From an uncultured delta proteobacterium (lineage in GTDB: Bacteria; Myxococcota_A; Polyangia; Polyangiales; Polyangiaceae), in NCBI GenBank assembly GCA_963696385.1, contig CAVOKF010000005.1, forward strand, positions 896,001-960,000: a stretch of 64,000 bases of DNA, read 5' to 3'. Both the position numbers and the translations under genes were made by a program. The notes beneath the pieces are model-generated. The model was given only the letters and a program-made list of their open reading frames with translations, made no database searches and had not been told where the DNA came from. Shown piece by piece: positions 59,619-64,000 of the stretch. Position 1 is the stretch's first letter; each line of letters starts with the position of its first letter.

Positions 59619-60443
59619 CTAGCCCAGGAGCTTCGCGACCAGGGCGCGCCAGCCGGTCGCGGCGCGAAGAGGCTCGGCCGACGCGATGCATAGGAGGGCG
59701 GCGGTGAGGTTGTCCGGCGTGCGCCGCGCGTTGGCTCGCTCGATGAGCGCGGAGCATGCTGCGTCCGAATCCGTGCCGCTCGCGATCTCGAGCAACTCTC
59801 GGTCGGAAAGAACGTTGTAGAGCCCGTCGCTGCAGACCAGCAGCTTGTCGCCACTCGTGACCGGGAACGAAATCCGGTCGACAGCGGCGATGAGCTCCCG
59901 CCCGAGACTGCGCGTGAGCGTGGAACGGTCGGGGTGATCCTTCATGCGGTCGGCGCGCACGAGGCCCATGCGCCGCTTGTCGGCCGCGACGGTGTGGTCC
60001 TTCGTTTTCTGAACGATGCGGCCGGCGCGAATCAAATACAGGCGTGAATCGCCGACATGCGCGGCGTGCGCGAAGCTGCCGTCGACGACGACCGCCGTGA
60101 GCGTCGTCGACATGCCACGCAGTTCGGTGACGATCAGCGCGCGGTCGTGGACCTCGATGTTGGCCTTCTGCACGGCGCGGGAAAGGCGCTTGGCTGGCCC
60201 CCACGACGCCGGGCTCTGCCGGTACGCGCGGAGAGTCACGTCGATCGCGGTTTGGCTGGCGATCTCGCCCCCTTCGAGACCGCTCACGCCGTCGGCCACG
60301 GCGACGAGAACGTGCCTTTCGCTTTCGATGTGGACGCCGCACGCGTCCTCGTTGTGAGGGCGCTCGGTGCCCGTGTCCGAGCGCGTCGCGAAACGGACCG
60401 CGCCTTGGGCGCGGTCGTCTTGAGTCACGGTGGCCATCGCCAT
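59619..60443 (-). CDS. PP2C-family Ser/Thr phosphatase (soluble)
   Basis: RPHNED, VADGVSG, HVGDSRLY, CSDGL, PDNLT. Confidence 0.93.
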   Translation of the reverse strand: MAMATVTQDDRAQGAVRFATRSDTGTERPHNEDACGVHIESERHVLVAVADGVSGLEGGEIASQTAIDVTLRAYRQSPASWGPAKRLSRAVQKANIEVHDRALIVTELRGMSTTLTAVVVDGSFAHAAHVGDSRLYLIRAGRIVQKTKDHTVAADKRRMGLVRADRMKDHPDRSTLTRSLGRELIAAVDRISFPVTSGDKLLVCSDGLYNVLSDRELLEIASGTDSDAACSALIERANARRTPDNLTAALLCIASAEPLRAATGWRALVAKLLG

Positions 60444-60481
60444 CTCGAGATGACTATTCCACATTCGGCCCCACGGCGAGA

Positions 60482-60609
60482 GTCATGTAAAAGAAACGTA
60501 GCGCGGACGAGGTCGCCCGACGGGATCTTCGATTGGAAACGCATCCGAAACAGACAGAGAAGATTCGCGTTGCGAATAAACTGAATCGCCCGCGCAATTG
60601 TCCGGAAAC
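60482..60609. promoter_or_regulatory. Three candidate GnnA(T/C)-N6-GAAAC direct-repeat boxes in a divergent promoter
   Basis: GTCAT-gtaaaa-GAAAC 60482-60497; GAAAC-gcatcc-GAAAC 60536-60551; GCAAT-tgtccg-GAAAC 60594-60609; -10-like TAGGCT at 60620-60625. Confidence 0.4.
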
Positions 60610-60659
60610 ATCCGGGAGGTAGGCTCGCGCGTCGTCGTCACCAACCAGGGGACAGCAAC

Positions 60660-62549
60660 ATGCCGGACATAACGAAACCAGCGGACTCTGGACCGTCCAC
60701 GAGCCGCGCTACGCTCGGTCTGACCGGGCTCACCATCAACGCAATGGCCCTGATCGCGCCTGGCGCGTTTCTGTGGCTTACTTTCCAGATTCAGGCGCTG
60801 TACGGGGCGCCCATGGCCGGAAGCGCCATGTGGTTCGGAATCGTGTTTGCGCTCCTTCTCTGCCTCGCTACGGCAATCAGTTACGCCGAGCTCTCGAAGC
60901 TCTATCCGGGCGCCGGCTCTTCGTACTTCTTCGCCGAGCAGGCCTTCCTATCGAAAACCCACGCGTACAAGTTCGCGCGGCTGGCCAAGTTCATGACCGG
61001 CTGGGCGAGCCACCTGTACTACTGGGTTTACCCGGGGTGCATGGTCGGGGTGACCGCCCTGATCAGCGGATACCTGTTGAACCAGTTTTTCCCGGACACG
61101 TTTAGCGGCAGCTTCAACAGCCCGCTTTTCATGTACCTGTTCTGTTGGGTGTTCGCGATCGGCGTCGCCTATATCGCATTCCGTGGCGTCTCCGGGACGA
61201 CGACGGTCAACATGGCAATCAATGCCATTCAGATTTCGGCCCTCATCGTATTTGCGATCATCGCCATCGCCTATCGAGTCCAGCACCCCGAAGGTTCGCA
61301 AGGCTTTCAGCTGAAGAACGGCACCCCCATCGACTACGTGGTGGCTCAGGAGCCGGTCGTCGTCGACGGTAAGCCGAAGCTCGACGACTCTGGACATCCG
61401 GTCTTGCAGGACAAGATGGACGAAAAGACGGGCGACCCGGTGCCTGAAATGAAGGGCGGCAAGCCCGTCCCGTTCATCCTGAGCTACGCGCCCGACCAAG
61501 CGACCACGATGGATCCGGTCGACGCCGACCATCCGAAGGACCTCACCCCGCACTTCCAGTTCCACACCGGTGCGGCGTCGGTGGTCGCGCCCCACGGGTT
61601 CTCGTTCATGTTCATTCAGGCGTGCGTCGCCATTCTGATTCTGGTCGGCTTCGAGTCGGTCACGTCGATGGGCGAAGAGGCGAAAAACGCCAAGCGTGAC
61701 ATCCCAAGAGCGGTCATCCTGTCGCTGCTCATTCAGGGGCTCGTCTGTTACCTGTTCGAATACTTCGCCGCGAACTACATGCTGAACTCGGGTTACACGC
61801 TGACCAACGCTGGCGCATCCGGCGCCCCGATCGGCGACCTGATGGTGATCGCGGGCACATGGCTCTTCGGCTCCTATTCGGCCGGTCGAGCGTTCATGCT
61901 GATCCAGGCGTTCACCGTCTTTCTAGCGCTCATCGGCACGACGCTCTCCTGCTTGTCCACCGGCGCTCGCGTGACGTATGCCATGGGGCGCGACGAAGAA
62001 GTCCCGTCTCACTTCGGCATGCTCCACGGCACGACCCTGACGCCGCATCGCGCCATCTGGACGCTGGCCATCCTGTCCGCGGTGCTCGGCATGATCACCG
62101 TCACCGTCTACCTCGGCGGAACGACGCCCGCGCCGCTCGACGCGAAGTACCACAACCTTTGGTACGCCGTCGGCCTCTTCAACCCGGACGTCATCGCAAA
62201 GCTGCCGAACACGCTGGTCATCATCACGCTCATCAGCAACTTCGGGACGTTTCTCCTCTACATGATGACGTGCATCATCTGCATCGTGGCGTTCCAAGAG
62301 CACCACATGTTCCATGGCTTCAAACACATGGTGGTCCCGATCTTCGGGCTCATCGCGAATCTCGCTTGCATGCTCTTTTATCTCGTCGGCCCGTTCATGG
62401 TCAGCGGGATGAGCCTGAAGGAGCCGTACATCGCGCTCGGCATCTGCGCGATCTGGGGCGTCTTCGGCGCCATCTATTTCCTCCGGGCGAGTAAATCCAA
62501 AGCCAAGCCGGTGATTCTTTCGGAGAAGCCTGTGGCTGTCTCGTCTTAG
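60660..62549 (+). CDS. APC-superfamily permease with large hydrophilic insertion
   Basis: YAELSKLYPGAGSSY, LVGFES..MGEEAKNAKRDIPRA, ARVTYAMGRD..P..FG.LH..TPH.AI; about 12 or more TMs. Confidence 0.92.
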   Translation: MPDITKPADSGPSTSRATLGLTGLTINAMALIAPGAFLWLTFQIQALYGAPMAGSAMWFGIVFALLLCLATAISYAELSKLYPGAGSSYFFAEQAFLSKTHAYKFARLAKFMTGWASHLYYWVYPGCMVGVTALISGYLLNQFFPDTFSGSFNSPLFMYLFCWVFAIGVAYIAFRGVSGTTTVNMAINAIQISALIVFAIIAIAYRVQHPEGSQGFQLKNGTPIDYVVAQEPVVVDGKPKLDDSGHPVLQDKMDEKTGDPVPEMKGGKPVPFILSYAPDQATTMDPVDADHPKDLTPHFQFHTGAASVVAPHGFSFMFIQACVAILILVGFESVTSMGEEAKNAKRDIPRAVILSLLIQGLVCYLFEYFAANYMLNSGYTLTNAGASGAPIGDLMVIAGTWLFGSYSAGRAFMLIQAFTVFLALIGTTLSCLSTGARVTYAMGRDEEVPSHFGMLHGTTLTPHRAIWTLAILSAVLGMITVTVYLGGTTPAPLDAKYHNLWYAVGLFNPDVIAKLPNTLVIITLISNFGTFLLYMMTCIICIVAFQEHHMFHGFKHMVVPIFGLIANLACMLFYLVGPFMVSGMSLKEPYIALGICAIWGVFGAIYFLRASKSKAKPVILSEKPVAVSS

Positions 62550-62556
62550 GGACCCG

Positions 62557-62759
62557 ATCACCCCGAGCGCTCGCTCCGCCTCGACTCGCTTCGCTCGCTA
62601 GGCTCCGCTCTCGCCGAACCGGTACGTGCGACCCGTCGAGGGGAGCGAATGCCGCTCCCCTCGAGCTCCTCAGCAGGAGCTGTGGGGAACTTTGTCGGGC
62701 TGGGGACCCCGGTGTGGGAACCTTTATCACCCTGAGCGCCTCGACTCGCTTCGCTCGCT
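62557..62759. repeat. REP-like direct repeat flanking two hairpins
   Basis: cgcctcgactcgcttcgctcgct at 62577-62599 and 62737-62759, each preceded by atcacccYgagcgc; a 12-bp perfect stem at 62636-62664 and a 7-bp stem at 62664-62681. Confidence 0.75.
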
Positions 62760-62802
62760 CGTTGGGGGGGCCTGGCGCTCGATTGGACGGACCGTGATAG
62801 AG

Positions 62803-63846
62803 ATGCGCTCGCGCATGCGCGAGATCATCCAGGGCGACCGTCTCGACCAGTACGAGCTGACCGAGCTTCTCGCCCGAAGCGGCATGGCCTCCATTTTCAA
62901 GGCCATCGACCAGCGGACGGGATCGACCGTCGCCGTGAAGGTGCCGCACATGCAGTACGAGAGCGACGTCGCGTTCTTCGAACGGTTCCGTCGAGAGGAG
63001 CAAATCGGTCAGAAGCTCGAGCATCCGAACATCGTTCGGGTGCTGTCGCCGGAAAAAAAGAGCCGCATGTATCTGGTGATGGAGTTCGCCGAAGGGCGTT
63101 CCCTTCGGGCCGTCACCAAGGGGCAGCGCCGCTTACCGGTGTCCGAAGCGCTCGACATCGCAGCCCAGATTGGTCGCGCACTCGTCTACATGCACGCCCA
63201 GGGCGTCGTGCATCGCGATCTCAAACCCGACAACGTTCTCTTGGGAGCCGACGGCCAGATCAAGCTTCTCGACTTCGGGATCGCGATGGACGAGGCCGCG
63301 CGGCGCCTCACATGGTTCGGGCTTTCGCCGCCGATGGGTACCCCCGACTACATGGCACCCGAGCAGGTCAGGGGTCGGCGGGGCGACGCGCGGACCGATG
63401 TCTACGCACTCGGCACGCTGCTCTACGAAATGATCGCCGGTGAGCTGCCGTACACCGCCGGCAACATCCACGCGATGATGCGCGCGAAACTCAACGAGGA
63501 CCCCCGACCCCTTCGGGACCTCGTGCACGACGTGGATCCCAAGGTGGAAGAAATCGTCATGCGCGCGATCGCGCGGTCGCCTCGCGAGCGTTATCCGTCG
63601 GCCAAGGACATGCTCGTCGACCTCGAGAACCCTTCGCAGGTCATTCCGCAGGACCGTTCGGCTCACGAAGTGCCTCACTTGATCGATCGGCTTCGCTTTC
63701 CACGTCGGATCGTTGCGCCCATGGTCTTGGCGCTCGTGATTGGCACGTTGCTCGTGCTCACGTGGGCCAGCGGTCATTCTTCGCGGCGTCGCGATCCGCC
63801 GGCCCCGGCGACGATCGCGCCCCCGAGCGCGAGCGCAAGCCCGTGA
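62803..63846 (+). CDS. Ser/Thr protein kinase with C-terminal TM
   Basis: ARSGMA glycine loop, VAVK, HRDLKPDN, DFG, GTPDYMAPE, D.YALG; TM IVAPMVLALVIGTLLVLTWA; start 62803 or 62815. Confidence 0.93.
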   Translation: MRSRMREIIQGDRLDQYELTELLARSGMASIFKAIDQRTGSTVAVKVPHMQYESDVAFFERFRREEQIGQKLEHPNIVRVLSPEKKSRMYLVMEFAEGRSLRAVTKGQRRLPVSEALDIAAQIGRALVYMHAQGVVHRDLKPDNVLLGADGQIKLLDFGIAMDEAARRLTWFGLSPPMGTPDYMAPEQVRGRRGDARTDVYALGTLLYEMIAGELPYTAGNIHAMMRAKLNEDPRPLRDLVHDVDPKVEEIVMRAIARSPRERYPSAKDMLVDLENPSQVIPQDRSAHEVPHLIDRLRFPRRIVAPMVLALVIGTLLVLTWASGHSSRRRDPPAPATIAPPSASASP

Positions 63847-64000
63847 TCACTGCCCAGTCGCTGAACCTCGCGTGGACTCTGCTCTGCGCTTTTCTAGTGA
63901 TGTTCATGCAGCTCGGCTTCGCGATGGTCGAGACGGGGTTTACGCGCGCAAAGAACGCCGTGCACACGATGGCGATGAACTTCGTCATCTATCCCATCGG
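63843..64000 (+). CDS. amt: Ammonium transporter Amt (5' part; runs off window end)
   Basis: Not in the ORF track. Manual translation from GTG 63843: MITAQSLNLAWTLLCAFLVMFMQLGFAMVETGFTRAKNAVHTMAMNFVIYPI; the LV.FMQ.GFA.VE.G..R.KN motif is the Amt N-terminal signature. Confidence 0.9.
   Translation, partial: MITAQSLNLAWTLLCAFLVMFMQLGFAMVETGFTRAKNAVHTMAMNFVIYPI

Noticed and set aside
62557..62759. Mini CRISPR array or known riboswitch
   Set aside because: Only two repeats, a 137-bp spacer and no cas genes; I could not match a known riboswitch consensus by eye.
17..63988. Numerous long overlapping or antisense ORFs (e.g. 17..1114, 7127..8845, 33285..35033, 36566..38758, 49131..50837, 55588..58110)
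   Set aside because: Arg/Ala/Pro-rich shadow frames of recognisable genes; expected from stop-codon scarcity in high-GC DNA.

Overview
GC-rich bacterial chromosomal DNA, densely coding, with about 58 protein genes. I found no rRNA, tRNA, CRISPR array, transposase or integrase. The repertoire of many Hanks kinases, PP2C and FHA proteins, Cys-rich lipoproteins and a Cip1-like lipoprotein suggests a myxobacterium, probably Polyangiaceae/Sorangium-like; this is an inference. Core genes: rplM-rpsI-surA, tatA, cyoE/ctaB, tkt, acnA, glgC, prmA, rsmE, glmU-murA-hisG, larB/larC, astA, lhgO, tyrA-CM, carbonic anhydrase and mltD. The most notable observations are: (1) a PP2C <- -> APC permease / Ser-Thr kinase / ammonium transporter module with GAAAC direct-repeat boxes and a structured repeat-containing spacer; (2) a periplasmic vWA-TM-zinc-ribbon-FHA receptor-like operon with a PP2C; (3) three genes each broken by one extra base at GAATC (GATC+A), probably a methylation-linked sequencing signature; (4) many apparent leaderless promoters, with TAnnnT 6-10 nt before the start codon; (5) a diverged duplicate of the cyoE 3' end; (6) a Cip1 homolog; (7) an uncharacterised two-gene pair; and (8) two orphan glycosyl-modification operons. 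All calls come from reading motifs by eye; no searches were run.
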